From IMG/VR virus record IMGVR_UViG_3300030012_003086, positions 32,523 to 96,522 of that record: 64,000 bases of DNA; one strand, 5' to 3'. The notes below the pieces were generated by a model that did no database searches, had not been told where the DNA came from, and worked only from the letters and a program-made list of their open reading frames with translations. Positions within the stretch are counted from its first letter, which is position 1. The number at the start of each line of letters is the position of its first letter. This stretch comes from a virus. The position numbers and the translations under genes were made by a program. Shown piece by piece: positions 19,001 to 29,094 of this stretch.

Positions 19001-22000
19001 AAAAATTATACCCTTTTGAATTTTCTAAATTATTTGGAGCAGCATTTAGTGTTATTGAATCAGCACCGTAGTCTGAACTCGCTAAAGTAACATTTGAACC
19101 TCCCGAATCCACAACTTTGAAAAGATTACCCATAGTATTTCCTCGTTGTAAATCAATGGTTTTTTCTTTGTCAGGTAAATTTTCAGCATCAACCGAATTA
19201 AAATGCCAATCTAATGTCATTTCAACTAATCTTAACATTGTAAATTTTTTAAGATTATTAATATTAGGTCCACTTACAATTTGAGCCAACTGCGTTTCAT
19301 CATCTGTATTAGATATAGATGAACCTCCACCTAAAGACTTAGTGTGCGAAGAAGAAACTTCTGATTCGTTACCATTTCTTTGTAATAAAATACTAAAATC
19401 ACTTAAGTCTCTAGAACCATAGTATAAACTTGTTTTTCTTAAATCAGATTCTGGTAATAAATCACAGGTAGTAAACAAAAAATTGCGGGAAACTTTAGAA
19501 TCAAATTGTTGTAAATTTCTTTCCCAATTTCTTTGTCCCGAAATATATTCATTAGACATATATCTTCTTTTAGGAGCAGTGTTTCCTGTTAAATAGTAAT
19601 CCCAAAAATTAGTTCCTCTTGACGGTAAATTTCCTCTTTTCTCAAACATACCTTGTTTTGCATGTAAATCAGTAAAGTCATCTTTTCGAGAATTAGTTAT
19701 TGTTGGAACGCTAGTAACATATCCATTTCTAAATCTATAAGCGAGAGCATAGTAATTAGTTTTACTAGGTAAATCATAGTATGCACCTACTTCTTTTTGA
19801 TTAGAAGTATTTTTCTTTATAGGATATTCGTTAAAGAGATTGTAATTTCCTCTCTCTAAATCTAAGAATCTGTAATATGGTGGCCCATATCTAGTTATGT
19901 AATCAGTAGTTACTGTTGAAGAAAGAGTATCATGTATATGAATATTGAAAGGTAATAGTCCCTTTGTGTTGCTTATTATAGGACTAGCCTTTTGAATTAA
20001 AGAAGAAGGCTTATTTATAAAATACATATCAGTAGTATCTTTACCAATAAGTGACCATATCTGATGGCTACTAGAACTTGAAGCACTTATGCTTATTTCT
20101 CTGTCTAATAACAATAAGTGATGAGTCCCGCCTAAATCAGAAACAGACCTAATAAAATAACCCATAAATGTAAATTCGCCTGTAGAAACTTCTTTAACGA
20201 ATACAGGGTCATTTCTCTTAAACAGTCCCTCTATTCCCGCACCTGTGGTTAAATAGGCTTTGTTTGTAAGAGTATGAGGATAGGATGAACCGGTTATGGT
20301 AAGACTCGTATTTGCTAGAGTCATATTGTCTGCATCATAGGTATCATTTTCATCAACCCTTCCTAGATATAGTCCTACTCTCGGTGCTAGTTGAAGAACA
20401 GTATTTTTATCCTCAGTTTTTTTAGAAATAATTACAAAGTCACTCAAGCCGTTTACTACATCATCTTCTAAATAGTTTCCACTAACATCATCCTTTAATC
20501 TAGATTGAAATGCTCTATCCTTTTTGATATTTGCAATTGCTTCAAAATTATATCCTATTGCTCCTGTTGTAGTATTTTTTGATGAGCCTGCTAATTTTCC
20601 GGTTTTTGCACCCGAAGAATCAACAGTTATTCCTCCGTTAAAGAAAACTCCTTTGTTTGATGCCCCATGTAATGAACTAACACTTTCTGAGTTTTTAGTG
20701 CTGGCTTGTAATGCTTTCTTGAAAGTAAATGGTTTTTTATTTTGTATATACAATGCTGAAGATGAGGCTAATTTAACGCAACTTCCAAATTCTAAAGTTA
20801 ATGTAGTGCTATCATGACCACTTTGTATTATGCCTATGAAGTTTTTATTTGTGTCAAATATAGCGTCACCCACTGCCAGTGATGCTATAATTCCACTAAT
20901 TGATATGCTTGTGCTATTGATATCCTTATCAGCCGATACTGTAACAGAAGCACCTCCACTCGTTTCTGCCGCAGTAATGCTCTGTAAAGGAGAAATAGAT
21001 GAATGTATTATATCTTGTGTAAATAGAGTATTTTTATTTATTATAGGAGAAACTAATTTGCGTATATCATCTCTTCCTACTATTTCTATTACAGGCTGAC
21101 CATTATCAAAATCTTTACTTATTTCTTCAACTGCCCCGTTAAATAATTCTAACTCTACTGAACATTTACCAAATGCATAGTCCAAACTTGTAAAACTATT
21201 TACTGTATTTTCTCTATAATGTGTTTTTTCAGGCTCTAATCTAAAGCAACTATGAACTCTATCTCCAAATAAAACTCTAACAGTTCTGCTAGTATAATTT
21301 ACATCATTAAATAAAATAACTGCATTATTATATCTAGAATCTGTATAAGAAGATAAAGTAGCCCCGTTTATTTTATATGTGAATGAATCAACATCGAGAG
21401 GCAAAGTATGACTTGTTAATGCACTTAATCCTGTATAAGTAACATCAGTATCTAATTCTAAATTTGTCATTAGAGTTTTTGTTATAGGCGACCATTTTCT
21501 TCGATATATTTTATCTCCGACTGAGAAAGGTGCTGAAGACCTAACTGAAAAAAAAGTTTCACTCTCTAAACGCCATTTATTATTACAAACTACTGTGTGT
21601 AAATTACTAGACGGAGCAGAAATACTATCAACAAAGCCTATGTAATTACCTATTTTTATTTCTTCATTTTGCCCCCATAATACTCTAGCATCGTAATCTC
21701 CTTGAGTTTTAAACTTTAGATTAGTGCTTCCGCTAGTAATTGAATCTAAAACCAAATCGGTTTCAAACCAACCACTCAAATGTATTTCTTCTATTTGTTC
21801 TCTAATTACTAAATCGTCTTGAATATTATTTTTTAAAGAAAATACGTTTTTTATGTCTAATATTTTACATTCTGCAATACCTGATTTATCAGAAAGAGAA
21901 TCAAAAATAACACTTTCAAATAAATTATTTTCTCTATTTAAGATATTAGGCGAGTCTTCATAATGAAGGTAAGTTATTGGGCCTGTAAAATCATCTAAAG

Positions 22001-22919
22001 GTGTATTATCATCTAACTGTCTTCTAGCGTTTAATGCCCAAGTATTGTAACTATTAGGATTAGGTGTAATAGAACCCACATCATAATACAATTTAGTATC
22101 TGTCTGATTATCTGCCGTAGGAGTGTCCATTAATTTTCTGTTATCTATTATTTCTGCATTTAAAGTAAATTTACTTTTATCTATAACTCTAAATTTTGCA
22201 CTTTGCTTAGTAGTAAAGGTTGAAATTGTGTTTAAAGTAATAGAAGTAGCAGTCCCTCTAGCATAACATAATTTGTATTTTGTATTGTGGTCTAGTTGAT
22301 TCTTTTTATCTAGCCTGTCATTATAAAAATGAAATAGAGGTCTAGAAACCATAAGATTGTCATTATGTCTTGTATCTGAACTTGCGCCCTTTAACAGTAA
22401 ACCAGCAGTTACGGCAACTACTGAGTTATCAGTTACACTTGGTCCTTTAAATACAATAAATTTAGTGCCTTTTGGTATTTCATTACCTAACTTAGGAGTA
22501 AATTCTAACGCATCCCCTAATACATCATCAGTAATTACATCAGTAATTTTAGCAAAATGATGTTCCTTTATTTTATCAGCATAGATTAGAATGAAGTGGT
22601 CATGAGTAGTTAAGTTAATTGCGTTAAACTGTTGTCCCTCATTATTTTCTTTTCTAAATGCTTTTACTCTATAACCGGGAGTATTTTCTAAATTTTCGTT
22701 ATGGTTATCATATGCTCCCGTTGTAATCTTTTGCATAGTAGTAACTGTGCTATTATCGTTTCTTATTTCGGCACATATATATTCGTTACCGGGGGAAACA
22801 TTGTATCTAATTACGGGATTAGTAGGGCAGTCATGATTAATATTATTGCCGGTATCTCCCCAAGTAGTATTTATTCCTGTGCTACTATGCACACCTTCTT
22901 TCATAACATACAATGACAT
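16029..22919 (-). CDS. very large tail tip / baseplate hub protein (2296 aa)
   Basis: Beta-rich; hub-like segments (FNGAVEEI...IEIVGRD; C-terminal NEVIVYG...LKPGDVIEV); position after the distal tail genes. Confidence 0.7.
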   Translation of the reverse strand: MSLYVMKEGVHSSTGINTTWGDTGNNINHDCPTNPVIRYNVSPGNEYICAEIRNDNSTVTTMQKITTGAYDNHNENLENTPGYRVKAFRKENNEGQQFNAINLTTHDHFILIYADKIKEHHFAKITDVITDDVLGDALEFTPKLGNEIPKGTKFIVFKGPSVTDNSVVAVTAGLLLKGASSDTRHNDNLMVSRPLFHFYNDRLDKKNQLDHNTKYKLCYARGTATSITLNTISTFTTKQSAKFRVIDKSKFTLNAEIIDNRKLMDTPTADNQTDTKLYYDVGSITPNPNSYNTWALNARRQLDDNTPLDDFTGPITYLHYEDSPNILNRENNLFESVIFDSLSDKSGIAECKILDIKNVFSLKNNIQDDLVIREQIEEIHLSGWFETDLVLDSITSGSTNLKFKTQGDYDARVLWGQNEEIKIGNYIGFVDSISAPSSNLHTVVCNNKWRLESETFFSVRSSAPFSVGDKIYRRKWSPITKTLMTNLELDTDVTYTGLSALTSHTLPLDVDSFTYKINGATLSSYTDSRYNNAVILFNDVNYTSRTVRVLFGDRVHSCFRLEPEKTHYRENTVNSFTSLDYAFGKCSVELELFNGAVEEISKDFDNGQPVIEIVGRDDIRKLVSPIINKNTLFTQDIIHSSISPLQSITAAETSGGASVTVSADKDINSTSISISGIIASLAVGDAIFDTNKNFIGIIQSGHDSTTLTLEFGSCVKLASSSALYIQNKKPFTFKKALQASTKNSESVSSLHGASNKGVFFNGGITVDSSGAKTGKLAGSSKNTTTGAIGYNFEAIANIKKDRAFQSRLKDDVSGNYLEDDVVNGLSDFVIISKKTEDKNTVLQLAPRVGLYLGRVDENDTYDADNMTLANTSLTITGSSYPHTLTNKAYLTTGAGIEGLFKRNDPVFVKEVSTGEFTFMGYFIRSVSDLGGTHHLLLLDREISISASSSSSHQIWSLIGKDTTDMYFINKPSSLIQKASPIISNTKGLLPFNIHIHDTLSSTVTTDYITRYGPPYYRFLDLERGNYNLFNEYPIKKNTSNQKEVGAYYDLPSKTNYYALAYRFRNGYVTSVPTITNSRKDDFTDLHAKQGMFEKRGNLPSRGTNFWDYYLTGNTAPKRRYMSNEYISGQRNWERNLQQFDSKVSRNFLFTTCDLLPESDLRKTSLYYGSRDLSDFSILLQRNGNESEVSSSHTKSLGGGSSISNTDDETQLAQIVSGPNINNLKKFTMLRLVEMTLDWHFNSVDAENLPDKEKTIDLQRGNTMGNLFKVVDSGGSNVTLASSDYGADSITLNAAPNNLENSKGYNFYTDNGNWIGQSFAQTYGATIDFDSSSGGAGPYANDNNTKGSLTVIYAIDKDAPGLFIQGHGSKDTFVDMFNQPIHMIKGAVFQNELFGRRDGMDGYAEDNDDEYHEDFLPNNIASTSANPPHTFSLTDNIASAEAELFDIALPPVFTVPTSLPTRANLVDSSGTQLRINIGQAVNNGNNVNLVLTGTPVLTANKQYHLFTEAGHYLGRTTSQTYSSSTVVMERLFLFDKLQTATASAKAINPMRNVQYAEVGDESLVRTDGNTHKSEVLKSISRLQNRNTYQQTLPVFLDRYDIEDGGQASVSAGMTSSMIMEHAPLLNNFHAESNVSVTHPHKLMLRRKSQQGFAHYTGSGKVSKDGETPFQADGGYVLFKPYLSFTTQSGGNLYTGSHTVKAVGDSTDCKKFSFTVDEEGTGTEVKNLWLNYAPNLTGCYLVSFSGKTFGQNSSNEDAFESSDSAAGEKSLRGTGESIPQRIHYVISHTITRTATNTRHEIVIDNASSVDVAYKVMRVAENTFYDFSPKIIKTYCLSPTFTKKPYDDECYSEIKSYKYRNTKGPKTVIENRGNGSKTYENTGHGEGISSMYIIADPSNKGSGSHLVYRNQTDIAGLLNDEDSFTAGMTDGENKLKTDISVVSNSSFNTHQLTFSKMAEMVGAVSIGEIFSLKILENIKGDYDIATIGCGVNVCFETDELLNDIFEDEGLEFTKQNLTEYPVFVSPEFRGVSLLAAANSLLSRKDRKISHDKKFILRDNNSALNRPKVKISDRDSKYNIRSIKKGKKLFDSFNEVIVYGRNIKSVRKDIRKIKENGKKTLEITDENIYTQEEADIRASNLLKVHSKMGETIEIEVSGRGLFVLKPGDVIEVEGQFLLARQNTIRAEFVIVEKEYTITGLTKLKLGENNKGLEDRFGELLLENKNIKGLRRTKTFKEPSKSSDFFEEIKIKPIRIKARTRTTSGTAFTLGFSTPLNTAAATIGFTAGTTIVYSDLLEEQL

Positions 22920-24034
22920 TACAAATCCACCTCTTCAAATGTTAAAAACATTAAATTATTTTCAGCAGTGGGTTTCAAAACGCCGGAATCAAAGGCTGAT
23001 ACCGTTCCTTTTGAATAAGACATTTCATGAAATACTCCATAAAATTGTTTATTACTAACTGCCATGTTAGTAGGTATTCCCGATTGTCTTGGAAAAACAT
23101 TAGTCCCATTTGCTCCTAAAAATAAATCCTCGGCATCCAATTGAAAATCAGTAGTTTCTGTTCTATCAACTGATTTAATTATTCGCCCGTTGTATAATAT
23201 GCTGAGAGTCCTTCTTACATTATTGTATGTTACTCCTATATGACACACGTCATTAACATAGGTTGCTTCTTTTAGTGCTTCTCTATATATGGATTGACCA
23301 ACAAGAGAAGAAGAAGGAGTCTTACTCAATGTAACCGTTGTTCCGCTTAAATTAGTAATTCTTCCTATATTTACTGAATTAAATCCATTTCTAGTAAACA
23401 ATAAATCTCCTAAGTTATACACACTAGAGGCGGGTGAAAATGCCGAAGTAAATGTATTACCTCCACTATAAGCCGAACCCCCTAAAGACTCTAATCTTTT
23501 ATGAGTTAATCTTCCGTCTGTATTGAATATACCCAAAGCATCTGATAGTCTAATAGGTTGAGTTACCGAAGGATTAATTATTGCGTCGCTAGTTAAAGTA
23601 GTCGTGGTTGAACCGGTTGTTAATTCAACTTTAATTTTGTATGTGGCAGGATTATTGTAATTCAAAGTATCAGTAAAATTTGAACCTGTAGTATAAGAAT
23701 CATTTACTAAGAAAATTTTCAATTTAGTGCTATGAAATATAGTCATTTCATGACCAGCACCCACATAACTCTTCACGGAAAAATGACCTGCGTTAGGCAT
23801 GGTCTTCTTTGAAGTAGTAACATTCTCACTGCTACCATTTGTTTCATAGGGAGTAATTAAAGCATCAAATGTAAATGAACCTTGATGACCCCATATTCCG
23901 TAAGGTTGGTCTGTTGTTGTTAAAGAATCACTTTCAATATCCGGTATATTATCTGAGTAATCTATTTTAACACAACCATTACACATTATAGGAAATACCA
24001 ATCCTTTTTTATTTCCTATTGTTAATGTCTGCAT
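22919..24034 (-). CDS. tail protein with LamG/concanavalin-like domain
   Basis: SFTFDALITP...HIGVTYN...LYNG...LFLGA...FYGVFHEM. Confidence 0.6.
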   Translation of the reverse strand: MQTLTIGNKKGLVFPIMCNGCVKIDYSDNIPDIESDSLTTTDQPYGIWGHQGSFTFDALITPYETNGSSENVTTSKKTMPNAGHFSVKSYVGAGHEMTIFHSTKLKIFLVNDSYTTGSNFTDTLNYNNPATYKIKVELTTGSTTTTLTSDAIINPSVTQPIRLSDALGIFNTDGRLTHKRLESLGGSAYSGGNTFTSAFSPASSVYNLGDLLFTRNGFNSVNIGRITNLSGTTVTLSKTPSSSLVGQSIYREALKEATYVNDVCHIGVTYNNVRRTLSILYNGRIIKSVDRTETTDFQLDAEDLFLGANGTNVFPRQSGIPTNMAVSNKQFYGVFHEMSYSKGTVSAFDSGVLKPTAENNLMFLTFEEVDL

Positions 24035-24038
24035 ATTA

Positions 24039-24770
24039 TCACACCGTAAATGCTATTTCAAATTCTAAACTAAAACTTATGCTACTTGGGTCTGCCGCAG
24101 CAAAATCGGTTGAGAAACTTCTAACAAATCCTTTTAGTCCCGTAGCGGTTTGTGAATCGGGAAAATCAGTAACTAATAAAATAGCACCTTGATTATCTAA
24201 AGTATTATCATATCCTCTAGCAGCATATGTAAATGGAATTAAATTAGAAGACCTATCCGAGTTTCTATATTGATATCTGCTATTTACTTTAGAATCCATC
24301 AAAAAAATCAACTCATTCATATTTTGCATATCTTGAAATGTAGTCCCATCTGTATTAGAGTGTATTAATTGAGCAACTTCTTCCTTTGTCATATCTATTG
24401 TTAATATCTCATCCACAAGTGAAGGATTCATATCACTTTCAGCAAATGTTCCTGCTGCTCTTGAAGCAGTAGGCGTATTTTCTGAGGCATCATAAAACTC
24501 CGGCCCAGTATCGTCAAATTTTCTTTTAATAGTTTGGTCAACTATAATTCCTGTAACGGAAACAGTTTTACTAGCCATACCTAAATTTAACGCCACTGTT
24601 CTAGATTCACCACTAAACATACCGGATAAAGGAACGTCAAAAGATGGAACTGTCTTAGTGGTTGATACGCTAATACTTTCTGCTTTTAGTGCAACAGTAT
24701 TTATTCCTAAGTTATCACTATCATAAGAACCTAGTTTTAGATATACAAAATGCGTTCCATCTGCCGTCAT
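24039..24770 (-). CDS. distal tail / tail-tube-initiator-like protein
   Basis: Directly downstream of the tape measure gene; beta-rich, ends SFSLEFEIA. Confidence 0.55.
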   Translation of the reverse strand: MTADGTHFVYLKLGSYDSDNLGINTVALKAESISVSTTKTVPSFDVPLSGMFSGESRTVALNLGMASKTVSVTGIIVDQTIKRKFDDTGPEFYDASENTPTASRAAGTFAESDMNPSLVDEILTIDMTKEEVAQLIHSNTDGTTFQDMQNMNELIFLMDSKVNSRYQYRNSDRSSNLIPFTYAARGYDNTLDNQGAILLVTDFPDSQTATGLKGFVRSFSTDFAAADPSSISFSLEFEIAFTV

Positions 24771-24774
24771 ATAA

Positions 24775-26673
24775 TCACCTGCTCATGCTTGAAGATGTGC
24801 TTCTATTAATTTCTCTATTGATGATGTTCGCAACCTTTTGGGCTATCTTTCTTATTTCCCCGTCGCTAGTGCCACTTGCATTTACTGTTACGTTGATGAC
24901 ATTACCGCCGCCCCTATTCAGCATTTTTTGTGAATCTTTGTTACTATGGACTCTAGAACCCTTTGGAAGACTGACTATTTCCGGTCCCTTTTCTCCAACA
25001 ACCTGCATTGGAGTAGTTACAGGACCACCGTTAGCAAGGAAATCAACCTTATCTTCGAGGAATTTATACAAAGCATAAGCAATATATCCTGCTATTACTA
25101 TCCAATACAAAGGTGTTCCCTTTAACGCATCTGCTCGGCTCCATATGAACCATGCAAGAGCAAAGGTAGCAAGTATTCCTACTGCTTTTGCTAAATTTTT
25201 ACTCGATTTAGTTGCCCATTTAAATCCGGCAGTGAATAATTCTTTTGCTAAAGATATTACTAAACCAACTGTAACTACTAATAGAATACCAAGCGTTGCC
25301 GCTATTGTTCCTAAGAAACCTTTCAAAAAAGTCCCCGCAGCAAAAACAATTTCTTTTACGTCACCTTTTATTATTGCATTAATAAGTTCAGTAAAACCTT
25401 CATACATTTCCATTACCCGTTCTCCCAAGAAATCTCGAACGATTTCTAATATAGGATAAATGGCTTCATATGCATCTTCAAGATACGGCTTAATGAAATT
25501 AAATACTGCCATCGCTATACCTATGAATAGAGTAGCAAAAAAGATAAATTTCAAAGCATGGAGTGTAAATTTAGCAACTGAATACAATCCGTCCCCCACT
25601 GCTTTAAATCCTTCAGCAAAAATGTTCTTATGTATTTGTAACTGCTCAATTTGTTTTTCAGCATTATCTCTTACTTCATTAGCAGCCTCTTCATTTTTTA
25701 TTGCATAATCTAATTGATTTTCTAGTATTCTTCTTCTTTTTTGGAAATCTTCTTGGCTTTCTTGAACCGTAATTTCAAATGTTCTATTACTCTCAAGTTG
25801 CCTTTGCATTTCTTCTTCAAATCTATATGCATCAGTTAATTGCTTTTGCATCTCTTCCATTCTTTTATCAAACTTTTCTTGGCTTTCTTGCCCTGCTTTT
25901 TTTCCCTTTCTTCCGGGTTTTGTTCTTCGACCCTTTTTTCGTGCTTTTTCAAATTTTTCTTCCAATTCTTCTCTTGCTTTCAGTGCATCTTGATGTTGTT
26001 TATGGAAAACTTGCATTTCGGATGCGGCTCTTTGTTGTATTTCAATTAAATTCTGTGGGCCTTGTTCCTGTAATTCTTGTAATTTTTTTTCTTGCTGCAT
26101 TCTTTCCTCTGTTGCTGCCTTTGCTTGTTGAACAAGCCCGTCTTCTTGGTCCATCAATTCTTTTAATTCTTTTTTCTTTTGTCTTCTCATAAAGGCTTCT
26201 TCTCTAGTATAACCTAAAGTGGCTTTATATCCTCTAATTAAAGTAGTAAACATATTATTTTGAATTTCAGCATCTTCTCCTGACTTTCCTGAAACTGCAA
26301 GCATGGCTTGATTTACTGCTAAAATAGATGTTGAAAATTTATTTACTAATCGGAAAGCACCCGGAGGGAGAAAACCATATACAATTTTTCTAGCGGTTTT
26401 TGCTCTTAAGCCGAAAACTTTAGTTTCATCTGAGGTTGAAGTTAAAACATCATAAAACCCCTTCATTTTTTTACTAGCGAATTCAGTTCCATCAGCAGAT
26501 TCAATCGCTGCCTTAGTCTTTTTCTTTTCTGCTTTTTCACTTAATGTTTTAAGTTTAGTTTGGCGTTCCTCTAATTTATTGAGTTCATCCATCGCTTTAA
26601 TCTGCTTTTCAAGAGCAATAGTCAATTTGTTAATTGAATCCTCCATCTGTGCGATTTTACCCATAAACATCAC
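24775..26673 (-). CDS. tail tape measure protein
   Basis: Coiled coil plus hydrophobic helices, C-terminal LANGG...VVGEKGPE motif; follows the tail chaperone. Confidence 0.85.
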   Translation of the reverse strand: MMFMGKIAQMEDSINKLTIALEKQIKAMDELNKLEERQTKLKTLSEKAEKKKTKAAIESADGTEFASKKMKGFYDVLTSTSDETKVFGLRAKTARKIVYGFLPPGAFRLVNKFSTSILAVNQAMLAVSGKSGEDAEIQNNMFTTLIRGYKATLGYTREEAFMRRQKKKELKELMDQEDGLVQQAKAATEERMQQEKKLQELQEQGPQNLIEIQQRAASEMQVFHKQHQDALKAREELEEKFEKARKKGRRTKPGRKGKKAGQESQEKFDKRMEEMQKQLTDAYRFEEEMQRQLESNRTFEITVQESQEDFQKRRRILENQLDYAIKNEEAANEVRDNAEKQIEQLQIHKNIFAEGFKAVGDGLYSVAKFTLHALKFIFFATLFIGIAMAVFNFIKPYLEDAYEAIYPILEIVRDFLGERVMEMYEGFTELINAIIKGDVKEIVFAAGTFLKGFLGTIAATLGILLVVTVGLVISLAKELFTAGFKWATKSSKNLAKAVGILATFALAWFIWSRADALKGTPLYWIVIAGYIAYALYKFLEDKVDFLANGGPVTTPMQVVGEKGPEIVSLPKGSRVHSNKDSQKMLNRGGGNVINVTVNASGTSDGEIRKIAQKVANIINREINRSTSSSMSR

Positions 26674-26888
26674 TTTACCTTTTTAGTAGCCTTGTCAATT
26701 TCTTCTGCTTCTAATTTTTTGTATTCCATATGTATATTTAACATATCCGATACTAATGATGCTGGCATCCTATACACTTCCAACGGGCTTATGTGAAAAG
26801 CCTGTGCTATTGTATAAACGATGAATTTGGAGGTATCTTCCGGTTCTATTTTACCGGTTTTAACGGCCCTCCTTATTCTTCGTTTTTT
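26670..26888 (-). CDS. tail assembly chaperone, -1 frameshift extension (gpGT-like)
   Basis: Slippery A AAA AAC at 26888-26882; the -1 frame reads KRRIRRAVKTG...IAQAFHISPLEVYRMPASLV...KKVK to a TGA overlapping the TMP start. Confidence 0.8.
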   Translation of the reverse strand, partial: KKRRIRRAVKTGKIEPEDTSKFIVYTIAQAFHISPLEVYRMPASLVSDMLNIHMEYKKLEAEEIDKATKKVK

Positions 26889-27238
26889 TCCTTGTCCTCC
26901 CCGATATCTAGAGGATTAGGAAGTATTTCTTTTAATTGGTTTCCTACGAATGGAGACAATTTTAGCATATCAATTGCTGATAAGTTTGGTTCAGTTTTGA
27001 CAATAAAGTTTTCCATCATGTATTTGAACATGGCATTCATGTCCATTTTCATGTCTTGGCTCTTTACATCAATCTTCATTAAAGAATTTATGGCTTTATC
27101 AACTTCAAGCCATGTAGGTTCTTTAATCCATACCTTAAGGTATTCATCACTTTCGGGTGCTACTTTAACATAATGTAGCACAGGTTCTGCTAGCGCAAAT
27201 AGCGCACTCTTATCTGTTACAATTTTTTTCTCTAACAT
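26873..27238 (-). CDS. tail assembly chaperone (gpG-like)
   Basis: Between tail tube and TMP; ATG at 27238 after GGTGGAG; ends at the slippery site. Confidence 0.8.
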   Translation of the reverse strand: MLEKKIVTDKSALFALAEPVLHYVKVAPESDEYLKVWIKEPTWLEVDKAINSLMKIDVKSQDMKMDMNAMFKYMMENFIVKTEPNLSAIDMLKLSPFVGNQLKEILPNPLDIGEDKEKNEE

Positions 27239-27286
27239 TTTCTCCACCTTCTAACCAACAAACAAACAAACGGTGTTGGTGGAATA

Positions 27287-27409
27287 TTATTCTGTTTTAG
27301 ACTTAGGGGTTTCCTTTTTTTCTTCTTTAACGGCTTTCTTTTCAGCCTTGATTTCTTTCTTAGTCTTATTGCGAGCAATAATTCTTGCTCTCTTTGCATA
27401 CTTATCCAA
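27287..27409 (-). CDS. small Lys/Glu-rich protein (40 aa)
   Basis: TTG start after GGTGA: MDKYAKRARIIARNKTKKEIKAEKK... Confidence 0.5.
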   Translation of the reverse strand: MDKYAKRARIIARNKTKKEIKAEKKAVKEEKKETPKSKTE

Positions 27410-27414
27410 ATCAA

Positions 27415-29067
27415 TCACCCCTGTAAAATCCAATGTGTTTCCACTTTGCATAGGCTTAGGTTTCTAGGCATAACTGTTGTTTCAACAACAATTGGTCCTT
27501 TGTCTTCCTGTATTGGGAAATTATTAGCCGATATAAAGTAATCTGTAAAGTTTAGAGTAATTTTTTCTCCATTAGGCTTTGTAAATACTAACTCGATAGT
27601 TTGTGTTTGATTCTCATCATCACTTCTAAGAGCCTTATACAGTGCGTTGTCAGTAACATGACCTGTAAATTGAATCTCATATGTTCTTTGTGCTGGAAGA
27701 GAAACCTGCACTTCTTTAGATGCGACTCCTAAGAATCTTCTATCTTGTAAAGTATTATTCATTGTCAATGTCAAAGTATTTATCTTTAAGAAAGGTTGAC
27801 CTAATACCTTGAATGTTCCATCAGAAAAGAAGAATGGCTCTCTAAATTGCTGCGCTGAGTTAGCAGCACCGACTCCACCTTCAAAATTAAAGAACGCCTT
27901 TTCATCTGTTACACCTCTTCGAGCATCATACTTCTCATCTTCTGCTAATTGATGAACATTTCTAGTATTCAAACTCATAGTCATCTTAACTTCTTCATTT
28001 TCATTAGCAGTCATAGTTAGAGTATTAACTCGGCAACCTCTTGCTATTTGAACGAAGTTTAAATCTTCATCAACACTTCCATCGCTATTTGTTCTATAAA
28101 TATTAGTCCCTGTTAATTTAGAATGATTATATTCTAAAGCAAAAGAAGGTAACAGGTCACTGTTTTGTTCTTCAAAAGTATAAGTTATTGAATCTGTAAT
28201 AGAGGTTGTTCCCGAAGCCCTATTAACTAATTTTACATCTCCTATATCTGATGTAGTGATTTCTTGTGGAGAAATAGGTGGACAAAATTTACCATCAATT
28301 GCTCTTCTAAAAAATGGACCTGTATCAGCAAAACCCGCCAAATCTCTTACTCCGGCATTTTGTCCGTTGCCAGACGCATCGGTGCTTTCTACAAATAATT
28401 GGTTATTATCTCCCGCATTAGCAACATCAAATCTATGTGAAGCGGTTGAAAGAGCAGTGCTAGCATCTGCTATTTTGCAGTTTATGTTTGTGCATTTACC
28501 TAAGAAATAATATAACCATGCACCGTGATTTGCTACTATGTTTAAATCAGCAGTGCCAAAATTAGTAACTCCTTTGTATTGATAAGTATAGTTTCTTGAA
28601 CCGCCCAGACTTAGATTCATTTGTTTCATTTCGGGTTCAACAGTAGGAAATGTTGCACTTTCAAGAATACCTAGCCATTGGTCAGAAAGTAGGTTTTTTA
28701 CATCAGTATCGACGCTATCAAAAGGTGCAGGAACAGGTGCGCCATAAGACTTGATAACGAAGTAATCTGTTGAGACAGGTGTAACTTCATCTGTAATAGT
28801 TACGCTATCAGCATCATTGGCTTTAATTATATGTGAAGAAGAAAGGGTTCCACCGGTAGCATATCTTTCTAGAGTGCATCCTATATACAGATTGTTTACT
28901 AATTTATAATTAGCAGTAAATCCTGTTGCTGCTTGAATAACATTTACAGTTTCAGCACCCGTAAATGCACTTCCTCCGTTTTGAACTCCTACTCCTAAAT
29001 ACAAATCACATTCCGGTATGAATGTTAAACTTGTTCCTGCTCCCAAAAATATCTCTTCATTTGCCAT
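27415..29067 (-). CDS. major tail (tube) protein
   Basis: LPSFALE...GCRVNTLTM...LTLTMNNTL...RTYEIQF tail-tube pattern; position. Confidence 0.75.
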   Translation of the reverse strand: MANEEIFLGAGTSLTFIPECDLYLGVGVQNGGSAFTGAETVNVIQAATGFTANYKLVNNLYIGCTLERYATGGTLSSSHIIKANDADSVTITDEVTPVSTDYFVIKSYGAPVPAPFDSVDTDVKNLLSDQWLGILESATFPTVEPEMKQMNLSLGGSRNYTYQYKGVTNFGTADLNIVANHGAWLYYFLGKCTNINCKIADASTALSTASHRFDVANAGDNNQLFVESTDASGNGQNAGVRDLAGFADTGPFFRRAIDGKFCPPISPQEITTSDIGDVKLVNRASGTTSITDSITYTFEEQNSDLLPSFALEYNHSKLTGTNIYRTNSDGSVDEDLNFVQIARGCRVNTLTMTANENEEVKMTMSLNTRNVHQLAEDEKYDARRGVTDEKAFFNFEGGVGAANSAQQFREPFFFSDGTFKVLGQPFLKINTLTLTMNNTLQDRRFLGVASKEVQVSLPAQRTYEIQFTGHVTDNALYKALRSDDENQTQTIELVFTKPNGEKITLNFTDYFISANNFPIQEDKGPIVVETTVMPRNLSLCKVETHWILQG

Positions 29068-29094
29068 ATTAAACTCCCCCTTCCTACTAACTTA

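Noticed and set aside
27232-27414. 60 aa ORF-track ORF
   Set aside because: The alternative frame 27287..27409 has a well-placed RBS and typical composition, and leaves the regulatory gap free
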